A DNA stretch of 63,927 nt, filler included, from Acidimicrobiia bacterium (GCA_041577335.1; 3 parts of 3 records of this genome joined end to end with filler, not necessarily neighbours in it); one strand, 5' to 3'; positions 29,237 through 38,869 are shown, counted from the whole stretch's first letter. Numbers and translations: made by a program. Notes: a model not told the origin generated them from the letters alone.

Positions 29237-29397
29237 GGGGGTGCTCGAGGGGGCGGCTCCGCCGGCCCCCTCGTCATGCGACTGCGGCGGCGTGGACGGC
29301 GCAAATCGCAGGATGAGTGCCGCCGAAGGGCGGCTCCTCAAGGACGGAGCCGAGCCGAAGGCGAGGCGCAGTCCAACCGAATCCTGATTCGGTTGGC
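29237..29397 (-). repeat. Dispersed multi-hairpin intergenic element, copy B
   Basis: Reverse complement begins G-CCAACCGAAT-CAGG-ATTCGGTTGG right after TAA; shares three more blocks with 1462-1597. Confidence 0.75.
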
Positions 29398-30273
29398 TTA
29401 TTGGCTCACCGGGCGGCCGTAGAACTCGAGCTCTGCGACGACGAGCTCATCAAAAGGCTCGAGGTCGTTGACGGTTTCGGCGGGATGGATGCTCTCCACT
29501 TCGATGATCACTCGGGTCGTGCGGAGGCTGTTGAAGTTGATGAGCTGGCTACCGGGCTCGTCGTCGAGCACGCCGATGATGCCCTGGGTGTTGTCGTTGG
29601 TCGTGATCTTGTAGCCGGCGATCCGGAAATTGCGCCGGAACCGCACTTCGTCGCTGAGGTTCTTGATGATGATCTGTTCGAGCTGATAGGTGTCGGCGAA
29701 ATCAACCGTGATGACCGCACCCTCGCCGGCCAAGCTGTTGTCGTTCCACGCAGTCTCATCGTCGCCATCGAACATGTTGTCGCACGCGAAGCCGACAAGC
29801 TCGGAACTGCAGTCGGATGCAAGAACTTGGATGATCTCGATGGGCGCTTGCACCACGGCCGCGGTGGTGGTCGCAGTGGTATCCCCGGTTTCGGCGGGAT
29901 CGGTGGCGGCCGCCGGATCTTCGTCGTTGTTGAAGAAGCTGAATGCAAATGCTGCCAACACGACAAAAAGGAGAACGGCCCCGATGGCCATGGCGGCGCG
30001 CACGCCGGCCGAGCTTTGGATCATTGGTTGAGGGGCAACCGGCAGAGCGCCTTGCGCCAGGCGAGCGCCACATTCCTCACAATGGCGGTTGTGGCTGGGG
30101 TTGTCGGCCCCACAAGATGGACATGGCACCGTGTTGTAGGTCACCGAGGCGGCCCTTTCATCGTCGAGCGCAAACTGTTCGGTTCCGACTTCTTCGACCC
30201 ATTGGCCGCACTCTGGGCAGAAGTCCTCATCGGCGAAGATAGCGCCGCAATTGCTGCATGTATTGGTTGCCAC
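29398..30273 (-). CDS. Double zinc-ribbon + TM + discoidin/galactose-binding-like domain protein
   Basis: Four CxxC motifs, a hydrophobic helix, T-rich linker, NMFDGDDETAW..ELEFYG; GTG start after GGAGG. Confidence 0.75.
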   Translation of the reverse strand: MATNTCSNCGAIFADEDFCPECGQWVEEVGTEQFALDDERAASVTYNTVPCPSCGADNPSHNRHCEECGARLAQGALPVAPQPMIQSSAGVRAAMAIGAVLLFVVLAAFAFSFFNNDEDPAAATDPAETGDTTATTTAAVVQAPIEIIQVLASDCSSELVGFACDNMFDGDDETAWNDNSLAGEGAVITVDFADTYQLEQIIIKNLSDEVRFRRNFRIAGYKITTNDNTQGIIGVLDDEPGSQLINFNSLRTTRVIIEVESIHPAETVNDLEPFDELVVAELEFYGRPVSQ

Positions 30274-30418
30274 CGAACGTCCTCCGCGCAACGGCCGTTA
30301 TTCTCGTTTGAATGTTACTGGCAGTGGTGAGATCGGCGGAGCAATGGACGTGGGTGTCGCGCATCGTTGGTGTGGCGATGTTGATTGGGCTGGTGGTGGG
30401 GGTGGCCCTCCTCTTTTC

Positions 30419-30440
30419 TGTCACCACCCGGCGATAGGAT
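30419..30440 (+). promoter_or_regulatory. Candidate PafBC-dependent (RecA-independent) promoter of radA
   Basis: TGTCAC-N10-TAGGAT, 7 nt before the ATG. Confidence 0.6.
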
Positions 30441-30447
30441 CCCTCAC

Positions 30448-31755
30448 ATGACGTATCGCTGCGGTGATTGCGGTTATGAATCTTCGAAATGGATGGGCTT
30501 CTGCCCTCGATGCAAGAGCACCGAGGGCCTCATCGAGACCCGCCCTGCCGACACCGGACGGTCTGTGGCGGCTCCAACACCGGTCCCGTTGAGCAAGACC
30601 AATGACAGCCTCGTCGACCGAGTCGCCACCGGCATGGCCGAGGTCGACCGCGTTCTGGGGGGCGGCCTCGTGCCAGGCGGAGTGGTCCTGGTAGGGGGCG
30701 AGCCGGGAGTCGGCAAGTCGACCTTGCTTCTTCAGCTCGCCGGAACGCTGGCGGGCTCAGGCGCCTCCACGCTCATCGCCAGCGCCGAAGAATCGACCCA
30801 ACAGGTCGGTATCCGAGCCAAACGCCTCGGGATTGATTCCGACGAGGTTTCCCTCCTGGCTGAAGACGACGTCGATGCGATCATTGCCGCTGCCGTCGAG
30901 TACCGGCCGGATCTGTTGGTGGTGGATTCCATTCAAACGGTGGGCGTCTCCGAGGTGGCATCGGCTCCCGGGGCGGTTGCCCAGGTTCGGGAGTCTTCGG
31001 CTCGTCTCATCCGCGCCGCCAAACAGCACAACATCAGTGCTGTCATCGTCGGCCATGTCACCAAAGATGGTGGGATTGCCGGCCCCAAGCTGCTCGAGCA
31101 CATGGTCGACGTTGTCTTGTACCTGGAGGGTGAAACCGATCGCGGGTTCCGTACCCTGCACGGTCTCAAGAACCGATATGGGCCAACCCATGTCGTTGGG
31201 CTCTTCGAGATGGGGACGGACGGCCTGGGCGAAGTCGCCGATCCGTCGGCCGTGTTCGTTGCCGATTGGCAGGGCTCGGTCCCCGGCACTGTCATCTTCC
31301 CGGCCATCCAGGGGCGGAGGGCCATTCTCGTGGAGGTCCAGGCACTGACCTCCGCCACGTCCCTTCCCCAGCCGCGCCGCTCGGTCCGTGGCATCGAAAC
31401 CGCTCGCGTCCACCAGCTCCTGGCGGTGTTGGCCCGCCATACCGGCCTCACATTCGGCGATCAAGACGTCTACGTCAACGTGGTCGGCGGCATGAAACTG
31501 GCCGAACCGGCCGCGGATCTCGCGGTGGCCATGGCGCTGGCCTCGTCTCGTCTCGATCGGCCGTTGGGTGCTTTGACAGGCTGGGGTGAGATCGGCCTTG
31601 CGGGAGAGCTCCGCCAGGTGCCGCATGCAGTTCGCCGTTCCGAAGAAGCGGGACGCATGGGCTTGATTCATCAGATTCACCCGAGTGGCGAAGGCTCCCC
31701 GAGCAGGCTGCTCGAGGCGCTTTTTGCGGCCGGGCTGCGCGCTCCGCGGCACTGA
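30448..31755 (+). CDS. radA: DNA repair protein RadA/Sms
   Basis: C4 zinc finger, GEPGVGKS, VDSIQ, GHVTKDG, KNRYG, GEIGLAGE. Confidence 0.96.
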   Translation: MTYRCGDCGYESSKWMGFCPRCKSTEGLIETRPADTGRSVAAPTPVPLSKTNDSLVDRVATGMAEVDRVLGGGLVPGGVVLVGGEPGVGKSTLLLQLAGTLAGSGASTLIASAEESTQQVGIRAKRLGIDSDEVSLLAEDDVDAIIAAAVEYRPDLLVVDSIQTVGVSEVASAPGAVAQVRESSARLIRAAKQHNISAVIVGHVTKDGGIAGPKLLEHMVDVVLYLEGETDRGFRTLHGLKNRYGPTHVVGLFEMGTDGLGEVADPSAVFVADWQGSVPGTVIFPAIQGRRAILVEVQALTSATSLPQPRRSVRGIETARVHQLLAVLARHTGLTFGDQDVYVNVVGGMKLAEPAADLAVAMALASSRLDRPLGALTGWGEIGLAGELRQVPHAVRRSEEAGRMGLIHQIHPSGEGSPSRLLEALFAAGLRAPRH

Positions 31756-31809
31756 GAAACTCGCTGCGTACTACAGGTCGCTGGTGGGGGGTGTAGTAGC
31801 CTCCCCGCA

Positions 31810-32871
31810 ATGGCGGGCAACTCCGATCTCCTCGAAATACTCCACCGTTTGGCGCCGGGTAGCAGGCTTCGCGACGCGTTCGGGCGGATCATTCAGCATG
31901 GCAACGGGGCGCTCGTCATACTCGGCGACGACGACGCCGTCGACGCCATCTGCACGGGCGGGTTTGTCTTGGAAGACGCCGCCTTTTCGGTGGCACGCCT
32001 TGCCGAAGTCGCCAAGATGGATGGCGCGATCGTCGTGAGCGACGACGGCGAGCACATCACGCGCGCCAACGTTCATCTCATGCCCGACGCAAAGATTGCT
32101 ACAACCGAGACCGGTTCGAGACATCGCACGGCTGAGCGGGCAGCCAAGCAAACCGGAAAGCCAGTCGTATCGATTTCGGAGGACCGGCTCGTGGCCACCC
32201 TCTTCTACCTCGACGGCAAGCACGACCTCGAGGACCCGACCTTGCTCGCCGCCAAAGTGAACCAATCTCTCGCATCTTTGGAGCGGTTCCGGCGGCGGCT
32301 GGACGAGGCCGAGGAGCGGATGACCCGGCTCGAGCTCAGCGATGCCAACACGTACCGCTGGGTGATCACGGTGCTGCAACGCGCCGAATTGGTCATTCGC
32401 ATCGGCGAACAGGTCGAGCGAGACAGTGTTGGCCTAGGCGGTCAGGCGACCCTGCCGCTCGTCCAGCTGAGCGACATGCTGACCGGAGTCGAAGAGCTTC
32501 GCGAGGTGGTGGTCGCCGACTACGCCGCGCGTCGGAACCAAGTGCGCAAGATTCTCGCTGCGCTCGAAGCGATCCCAACCGAGAACATTCATGAGCCGCG
32601 ACGCGTCGCCGATGCCCTCGGATTCGATGAGCCCGACGAGACCGCCCGGCCGCGCGGTCTCCGGATCCTCACGCATGTTCCCCGTCTTCCTTCGTCGGTG
32701 ATCGATGAGATCGTCAAGAAGTTTGGGTCGTTGCCGAAGATCCTGGGAGCGTCGGTCGGCGATCTGAGCACCGTGCCTGGAGTGGGGTCTGCCCGTGCCC
32801 GCCTCGTCCGGCGATTCCTCGATCGGTCGAGCGGGCGGGCGGGCATCCTCGATCACGGCCCCGGCGAATAG
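31810..32871 (+). CDS. disA: DNA integrity scanning diadenylate cyclase
   Basis: KMDGA and GSRHRTAER catalytic motifs; C-terminal HhH VPGVGSARA. Confidence 0.95.
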   Translation: MAGNSDLLEILHRLAPGSRLRDAFGRIIQHGNGALVILGDDDAVDAICTGGFVLEDAAFSVARLAEVAKMDGAIVVSDDGEHITRANVHLMPDAKIATTETGSRHRTAERAAKQTGKPVVSISEDRLVATLFYLDGKHDLEDPTLLAAKVNQSLASLERFRRRLDEAEERMTRLELSDANTYRWVITVLQRAELVIRIGEQVERDSVGLGGQATLPLVQLSDMLTGVEELREVVVADYAARRNQVRKILAALEAIPTENIHEPRRVADALGFDEPDETARPRGLRILTHVPRLPSSVIDEIVKKFGSLPKILGASVGDLSTVPGVGSARARLVRRFLDRSSGRAGILDHGPGE

Positions 32872-32942
32872 CCGGCCCGCCACCCCGCAAGCGTTTCCCG
32901 CTGAGCCACTACACTGACCGCCTCTGACCATTAGAAAGACCC

Positions 32943-33710
32943 ATGGCCACCAAGAAACCTGCCGCGAACAAGCCTGCTGCTGCGGCCAAGAAGCCAGCCG
33001 CCAAGAAGCCGGCGGCCAAGAAGCCGGCGGCCAAGAAGCCTGCTGCTGCCGCCAAGAAGCCTGCCGCCAAGAAGCCGGCGGCCAAGAAGCCCGCGGCCAA
33101 GAAGGCTCCCGCCAAAAAGCCCGCTGCTGCCGCCAAGAAGCCTGCCGCCAAGAAGCCGGCAGGCAAGGCGGCCGGCGCCTCCGCTTCCGCGCCCAAGCCT
33201 CGTCGCAAGTCCAGCTTTGCCGTCAAGGACAAGGTCGTTCACCCTCACCACGGCGCTGCCATCATCACCAAGAAGATGAAGCAGAAGATCGGCGGAGAGA
33301 CCAAAGAGTATTTCCAGCTCGAAATCGCCACCGATCAGCTCACCGTGTTCGTCCCCGTCGACAACATCGAAGACGCCATTCGTCCGGTCATCTCCAAGAA
33401 CCAGGCCCGGAAGGTCTTCGCCCTCTTCAAAGACGAGCCGCAAGAAGCGGGTAGCAATTGGAGCCGCTGGTACAAAGTGCTCAACGAGAAGATGACCAGC
33501 GGCGACATATATCAGGTCGCCGAAGTCGTGCGCGACCTCACCTACGCCCAGCAGACGAAGGGCATCTCGCCCGCTTTGAAACGGATGCTGTCCCGAGCAC
33601 GCATTACGCTCATATCCGAACTTCAATTCGCATTGAATCTCGACGAAGAGGAAGCGACCAAGAAGCTGGACCGGGCGCTGCCGAAGGTCGAGGAACCTGA
33701 ATCCGTCTAG
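32943..33710 (+). CDS. carD: CarD-family transcription factor with N-terminal Lys/Ala/Pro-rich extension
   Basis: [45 protein letters not shown]; between disA and ispD. Confidence 0.92.
   Translation: MATKKPAANKPAAAAKKPAAKKPAAKKPAAKKPAAAAKKPAAKKPAAKKPAAKKAPAKKPAAAAKKPAAKKPAGKAAGASASAPKPRRKSSFAVKDKVVHPHHGAAIITKKMKQKIGGETKEYFQLEIATDQLTVFVPVDNIEDAIRPVISKNQARKVFALFKDEPQEAGSNWSRWYKVLNEKMTSGDIYQVAEVVRDLTYAQQTKGISPALKRMLSRARITLISELQFALNLDEEEATKKLDRALPKVEEPESV
32952..33164 (+). repeat. Coding tandem repeat (KKPAA)n, about 15-bp period
   Basis: About 11 KKPA units with synonymous codon variation; higher-order unit of about 22 aa. Confidence 0.9.
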
Positions 33711-33727
33711 GGCCAGGAAACTGACTG

Positions 33728-34804
33728 ATGCTCGTCGAGGTCATACGGCTGCTTTTCACGCTGGTGGTTACTGCAGTTGGCTATGAGGTCGGCTCCAACT
33801 CCGACGGCGTGTTGCTGGGTATCGAATTCGACCCCGCGTCAGCCCGCTTGGTGGGAGCTCTCATTGGCGCCGGTATCGGTTATGTCGCCGGTGGAGCCGG
33901 GGCCAGGCTCTTCACGAACCGTCTCGATACCATCTCAGGCTCGTTTCTGCCCCAACTCACCGGCCCGGAGCTATTCGCCGGCGGCTTCGGAGTGCTGGTT
34001 GGACTGGTGCTGGGTGTCGTGATCTCGATCCCGGTGGTCCGGTTCACGACGCCCTCGATCGGCTGGACGACCGCAGCACTGATAGTGACCGTCAGTGCTT
34101 CGCTCGGAGGTCGCATTTTCGGCATCCGGTCGCAAGACCTGCTGACCTTGACTGGCCTCCGGCCCCGCGGTCCGCTCGTGGCTCGCCGCCTGCAAGATCA
34201 GGATCCGAGCTACGTGCTGGATTCCTCGGCGGCGATCGACGGCCGGATTCTCGAGCTCGTGCGCCTGGGCATGGTGCAGGGACGCATCTGGATTCCATTC
34301 TTCGTGGTGGACGAGATGCAAGGACTCGCCGACGCCGGAGAGAAATCCCGACGCCGGCGCGGCAAGCGAGGGCTCGAGATCCTGGACGCGTTGCGGTCCA
34401 CAGCAGTCGACGTTGCCGTCCTCGACGACAGCGTCCCCGAGTTCGAGGACGTCGACGCCAAACTCCTTGCCCTCTCCGATCGTTCGGGCTCGACGTTGAT
34501 CACCTCCGATCAGCCGTTGGCCAAAGCAGCCGAAGTTCGCGGCATCAAGGTGCTCAACCCCGGCAAACTCGGCGAGACCCTCAAACCGATCGTCGCCGTC
34601 GGACAGGTCGTGAATGTGCCGGTCACCAAGACGGGCCAGCACCCGCGCCAAGGCGTGGGTTACCTGGACGACGGGACCATGGTCGTCATCGAGGACGCGG
34701 TCGACCTCGTCGGCGAAGAGATCGACGTCGAGGTCACCTCGACCACCAAGACCGCTGTCGGGAGGATGCTGTTTGGACGCCCCGTCGATCGCACCGGGTC
34801 GTGA
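33728..34804 (+). CDS. PIN/TRAM-domain membrane protein (YacL-like)
   Basis: N-terminal TM helices, [13 protein letters not shown] motif, [28 protein letters not shown]. Confidence 0.92.
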   Translation: MLVEVIRLLFTLVVTAVGYEVGSNSDGVLLGIEFDPASARLVGALIGAGIGYVAGGAGARLFTNRLDTISGSFLPQLTGPELFAGGFGVLVGLVLGVVISIPVVRFTTPSIGWTTAALIVTVSASLGGRIFGIRSQDLLTLTGLRPRGPLVARRLQDQDPSYVLDSSAAIDGRILELVRLGMVQGRIWIPFFVVDEMQGLADAGEKSRRRRGKRGLEILDALRSTAVDVAVLDDSVPEFEDVDAKLLALSDRSGSTLITSDQPLAKAAEVRGIKVLNPGKLGETLKPIVAVGQVVNVPVTKTGQHPRQGVGYLDDGTMVVIEDAVDLVGEEIDVEVTSTTKTAVGRMLFGRPVDRTGS

Positions 34805-34807
34805 TCG

Positions 34808-35419
34808 ATGAAGGTGTGGGGCATTGTCGTCGCCGCCGGCTCCGGTGAGCGGTTCGGTGGAGGGAAACACAACGCGGAGATCGCCGGCAAGCCGCTCTGG
34901 CAGCACGCGCGAGATGTGCTGGTGGCGGGGGGATGTCAGGGCGTCGTGGTGGTCGGAGATGTTCCCGGTGGAGTGGCAGGCGGCAGGCGGCGCCAGGACT
35001 CTGTTGCCAACGGACTCGCCCAGGTCCCTGCCGACGTCGAAGTTGTTCTGGTGCACGATGCGGCTCGGCCCGCCGCAACCTCGGGGCTGGTGGCCGCCGT
35101 GATCGATCGATTGCGAGATCCAGCCGTGGACGGCGTGGTGCCCGCCCTTTCCGTCACCGACACCATCAAGATTCACGATGCCGGAGTCGTCACTGCGACG
35201 CCGCCTCGAGCTCAACTCGTGGCCGCCCAAACTCCCCAGGGTTTTCGCGCTGATGTCCTCCGGTCGGCTCATCGACAGCCCGGCGATGCCACCGATGACG
35301 CCGAGCTCGTGGAGCGTGCCGGGGGCAGGGTGGTGATCGTCGATGGCGAGACCACCAACTTCAAACTCACTTATCGGGAAGACATCGAAAGGATGCGTCG
35401 GGCGTGGCGGTCGGTATGA
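34808..35419 (+). CDS. ispD: 2-C-methyl-D-erythritol 4-phosphate cytidylyltransferase
   Basis: AAGSGERFG, RQDSV, HDAARP, QTPQGF, TDDA. Confidence 0.93.
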   Translation: MKVWGIVVAAGSGERFGGGKHNAEIAGKPLWQHARDVLVAGGCQGVVVVGDVPGGVAGGRRRQDSVANGLAQVPADVEVVLVHDAARPAATSGLVAAVIDRLRDPAVDGVVPALSVTDTIKIHDAGVVTATPPRAQLVAAQTPQGFRADVLRSAHRQPGDATDDAELVERAGGRVVIVDGETTNFKLTYREDIERMRRAWRSV

Positions 35420-35898
35420 GGGTCGGCTACGGATTCGATGTCCACCGGCATGGCGGCGCCGCCCCGCTCGTGCTTGGCGGTGTGCTTGTCGAGGGGGCAC
35501 CCGGCGTCGAGGCGACCTCCGACGGCGATATCGTGGTCCACGCCCTCATCGATGCGTTGCTCGGTGCTGCTGCGCTCGGGGATATTGGCACGATGTTCCC
35601 GTCGAATGATTCGCAGTGGGAAGGAGCCGACTCGATGGGCGTCTTGCTCCCTGCTTGCCTGGCGGCCGTGTCCGAGGCGGGATGGAGCGTGTCCAATATC
35701 GATTGCACGGTGATCGCCCACACCGTGAGGGTGGGTGGCGTACGGGAGAAGATGCGCATCCGGCTGGCCGACGCGCTTGGGACCGACGTCGGTGCCGTGT
35801 CGGTGAAGGCAACGACGACCGACGGCTTGGGGGCGATCGGACGCGGTGAGGGGATTGCTGCCGCAGCCGTCGTGGTGCTCATTCCGGCCGAGGGATGA
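35416..35898 (+). CDS. ispF: 2-C-methyl-D-erythritol 2,4-cyclodiphosphate synthase
   Basis: RVGYGFDVH, SDGD..HA..DALLGA, GDIG, VKATT..GRGEG. Confidence 0.94.
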   Translation: MRVGYGFDVHRHGGAAPLVLGGVLVEGAPGVEATSDGDIVVHALIDALLGAAALGDIGTMFPSNDSQWEGADSMGVLLPACLAAVSEAGWSVSNIDCTVIAHTVRVGGVREKMRIRLADALGTDVGAVSVKATTTDGLGAIGRGEGIAAAAVVVLIPAEG

Positions 35899-35921
35899 TC
35901 GCCGGACTGTAGAATCCGCCG

Positions 35922-37328
35922 ATGCGCATCCAGAACACCCTCGGCCGCGCCGTCTCGGAATTCGAACCCATCGAGGCCGGCAAGGTGGGAATCTATGTGT
36001 GTGGTCCCACCGTTCAGTCTGCCCCTCACCTTGGGCACGGACGATCGGCTGTGGCATTCGATGTCGTTCGCCGGTATCTCGCCTGGAAGGGGTACGAGGT
36101 CACGTACGTGCGGAACGTCACCGACGTCGAAGACAAGATCATCAATGAGGCTGCCGCTCGGGGCATCACGACCGAGGAGCTTGCCGCAGAGACCGCGTGC
36201 CGTTTCGCCGAGACCGAACGGCGTCTCGGGGTCTTGGAGCCAACCGAGAAGCCCAAAGCGACCGAGCACATCCCTGAGATGATCGCATTGATCGAAGAGC
36301 TGGTGAGCAAAGGGCTCGCCTATCCATCGGAAGGAGATGTGTATTTCTCGGTGAGGAGTTTGCCCGACTACGGCAAGTTGTCCGGGCGCAATCTCGATGA
36401 GCTCCTGGCAGGAGCGCGAGTCGATGTGGACGAGCGCAAGCGGGATCCCGCGGATTTCGCCCTGTGGAAGGCCGCCAAACCGGGCGAGCCGACATGGGAC
36501 TCTCCGTGGGGACCGGGCAGACCCGGTTGGCATATCGAGTGCTCGGCGATGGCCCGCAAGTACCTGGGCGACACGTTCGACCTGCACGGCGGCGGTACGG
36601 ATCTCATCTTCCCCCACCACGAAAACGAGATCGCCCAGTCGGAGGGAGCTACCGGCGTTCCCTTTGCCAGGTACTGGCTCCACAACGAGATGCTCAACCT
36701 CGGTGGCGAGAAGATGGCGAAGTCGACCGGGCACATCATCGACCTCGGCGAAGCTCTCGACACGTTCCCTCCGCTGGCCGTCCGCCTGTTCTATCTGCGT
36801 GCCCACTATCGCTCCCCGCTGGAGTATTCGGAAAGCCTCCTTCGTGACGCGGCTTCCTCGTATGAGCGGCTCGAGGCGTTCCTACGGCGAGCCGGCGGAG
36901 CCGGCGATGCAGTTCCCGATGCTGAGACGATGCGCCTTTTCGAGGAGGCAATGGACGAGGACTTCAACACCGCCACTGCTCTGGCCGTGGTCTTCGACGC
37001 GGTACGTATCGGAAACAGGGCATTGGATGCCGGCGCCGACGCCGGCGGCATCGCTGCGGCTGTGGCAGCCATTCTCGAGGTGTTTGGGCTCACTCCTGTT
37101 GCCGGCGATGTGTCCGACCTGCTGGTGCCCTTGAACCGGCTGGCAGCCGAAGTCGGCCTGGAAGTCGCAGAAGACCCGAACGACCTCATCGATGCGCTCA
37201 TCGGCGCCCGCATCGCGGCGCGAGGTCGCAAGGATTGGACGCTCGCCGATCTCGTGAGGAACGGGCTCAGCAAAATCGGCATCATTGTGGAGGACACCGC
37301 CGATGGCGCACGCTGGCATCGGGCATAG
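35922..37328 (+). CDS. cysS: Cysteine--tRNA ligase
   Basis: YVCGPT, HLGH, GRPGWHIECSAM, FPHHENE, KMAKS. Confidence 0.97.
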   Translation: MRIQNTLGRAVSEFEPIEAGKVGIYVCGPTVQSAPHLGHGRSAVAFDVVRRYLAWKGYEVTYVRNVTDVEDKIINEAAARGITTEELAAETACRFAETERRLGVLEPTEKPKATEHIPEMIALIEELVSKGLAYPSEGDVYFSVRSLPDYGKLSGRNLDELLAGARVDVDERKRDPADFALWKAAKPGEPTWDSPWGPGRPGWHIECSAMARKYLGDTFDLHGGGTDLIFPHHENEIAQSEGATGVPFARYWLHNEMLNLGGEKMAKSTGHIIDLGEALDTFPPLAVRLFYLRAHYRSPLEYSESLLRDAASSYERLEAFLRRAGGAGDAVPDAETMRLFEEAMDEDFNTATALAVVFDAVRIGNRALDAGADAGGIAAAVAAILEVFGLTPVAGDVSDLLVPLNRLAAEVGLEVAEDPNDLIDALIGARIAARGRKDWTLADLVRNGLSKIGIIVEDTADGARWHRA

Positions 37329-38028
37329 CGTCGAAGGCATCCATGCGGTCGAAGCCGCGTTGGTGGCTGGGCGAGTTGCGAAGCTGATCGTCGAAGAGGG
37401 ACGCTTGGGCAGGTTGAGCGGCCTCGTCCAGCAGGCCACCGCGGCCGGGGTGCCGATTCGCAAGGTGCGAGATATCCGCGATTTGACGGCAACGCAGTCG
37501 CCACAGGGTGTTCTCGCCGAATGTCGCGCGGTGGCCACCGTTTCGATCGATGAGCTCGCCTCTCACGACTCGCCGGCGCTCGTGGTGATCGATCACATCC
37601 AAGACCCCCACAACGTAGGCGCCATTGCCCGCTCGGCCGCGGCGGCGGGCATGACTGGCATGGTCGTGGCCGATGTGCGGGCCGCGCCGGTCGAGGCGAC
37701 GGCATTCAAAACGTCGGCGGGCGCCCTCGAGCGGCTCCCGGTGGCGCTGGTGGCGTCGATTCCGCAAGCGTTGAAACGGCTCCGTGACAAAGGCGTGTGG
37801 ATTGTGGGCCTGGCGGCGGGCGCCGCGGAGAGCCTGTTTGGAATGGGCCTGCTCACCGAACCGGTTGCCGTGGTGATCGGGTCGGAGGAACGGGGGCTGT
37901 CGGAACTCACCGAAAAACGGTGCGACTTGGTCGCGTCCATCCCCATGGCTGCCGGGTCCGAGTCGCTCAACGCGTCGGTCGCGGCAGCCCTGGCCTGCTT
38001 CGAGGTCCAGCGGGCACGGCGAATCTGA
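37303..38028 (+). CDS. rlmB: 23S rRNA Gm2251 methyltransferase (TrmH/SpoU family)
   Basis: DPHNVGAIARS, GSEERG, IPM..ESLNASVA; follows cysS. Confidence 0.9.
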   Translation: MAHAGIGHSVEGIHAVEAALVAGRVAKLIVEEGRLGRLSGLVQQATAAGVPIRKVRDIRDLTATQSPQGVLAECRAVATVSIDELASHDSPALVVIDHIQDPHNVGAIARSAAAAGMTGMVVADVRAAPVEATAFKTSAGALERLPVALVASIPQALKRLRDKGVWIVGLAAGAAESLFGMGLLTEPVAVVIGSEERGLSELTEKRCDLVASIPMAAGSESLNASVAAALACFEVQRARRI

Positions 38029-38062
38029 TTCCGATGTCGCCGGGTACACTCCTGGCGCGTTT

Positions 38063-38136
38063 GCTGGCGTAGCTCAGATGGCCAGAGCAGCCGCCTTGTA
38101 AGCGGCAGGTCGAGGGTTCGAGTCCCTCCGCCAGCT
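38063..38136 (+). tRNA. tRNA-Thr(TGT), CCA not fully encoded
   Basis: Acceptor GCTGGCG/CGCCAGC, anticodon arm GCCGC-CTTGTAA-GCGGC, TTCGAGT T loop; TACACT upstream. Confidence 0.96.
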
Positions 38137-38230
38137 CCGATGTTCCCGAGGTCCGGCGCGGATCACCTGGTCGATATCGCCGAACTGAGGGAAGTCATAA
38201 CCTATCCTTGGCCCTCCTCAAACGGTTGTA

Positions 38231-38869
38231 ATGGCTGGAAAACACGCATCAAGCGACAACTCACAGTTCTACCGCGATCTGACGACGTTCGGACTCCGAT
38301 GGCTTCTCGGTGGAATCATCATCTTTGGTGGCGCGTGGTTCCTGACCACCCAGGTGTTCGGTGGAGATGACGAGCCGTCCGCAACCTCGCTCATCGAGGT
38401 CGTCGCCTCTCCCGGCACCACTGCGGCGGAACCGACGCAGACGAGCACCCCAACGCCGAGCACGTCACCCCCGCCCACCACCGTTGTCGTGACCCCGGCA
38501 ACCAGCGTCGCCCCAACGACCACGCCGATCACGACCACGACAGTGGCCGCCACCACCACCGCCGTGCCGACAACACTCGGTCCTGAGCTCCCACCCGCCG
38601 AGCTCACCGCCCGGGTCCTCAATTCGACCGGTCGCGCCGGCCTCGCCGCGGTCGTGACGGACCAGCTTGCCGCGCTCGGCTACGTCATGCGGCCCCAAGA
38701 CAACTATGGAACGCCATTGTCGACGACGACGGTTTTCTACGTGCCCGGGCTCGACCGGGAGGCGCTGACGCTGGCCGGGCATCTTGCCGGTGACACCACG
38801 ACGGCGCCCAACCCGGCGCCGGAGCCGTCGGCCGAGCTGCTGGTGGTCTTGGGCAGCTCCTATCCGTAG
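38231..38869 (+). CDS. LytR C-terminal-domain membrane protein
   Basis: TM helix, T/P-rich stalk, VLNSTGRAGLA..T.VFY..LVVLG. Confidence 0.85.
   Translation: MAGKHASSDNSQFYRDLTTFGLRWLLGGIIIFGGAWFLTTQVFGGDDEPSATSLIEVVASPGTTAAEPTQTSTPTPSTSPPPTTVVVTPATSVAPTTTPITTTTVAATTTAVPTTLGPELPPAELTARVLNSTGRAGLAAVVTDQLAALGYVMRPQDNYGTPLSTTTVFYVPGLDREALTLAGHLAGDTTTAPNPAPEPSAELLVVLGSSYP

Noticed and set aside
32952..33164. Possible CRISPR or non-coding repeat array
   Set aside because: No unique spacers; variation is mostly synonymous in the carD frame, so it is a protein repeat; no cas genes seen
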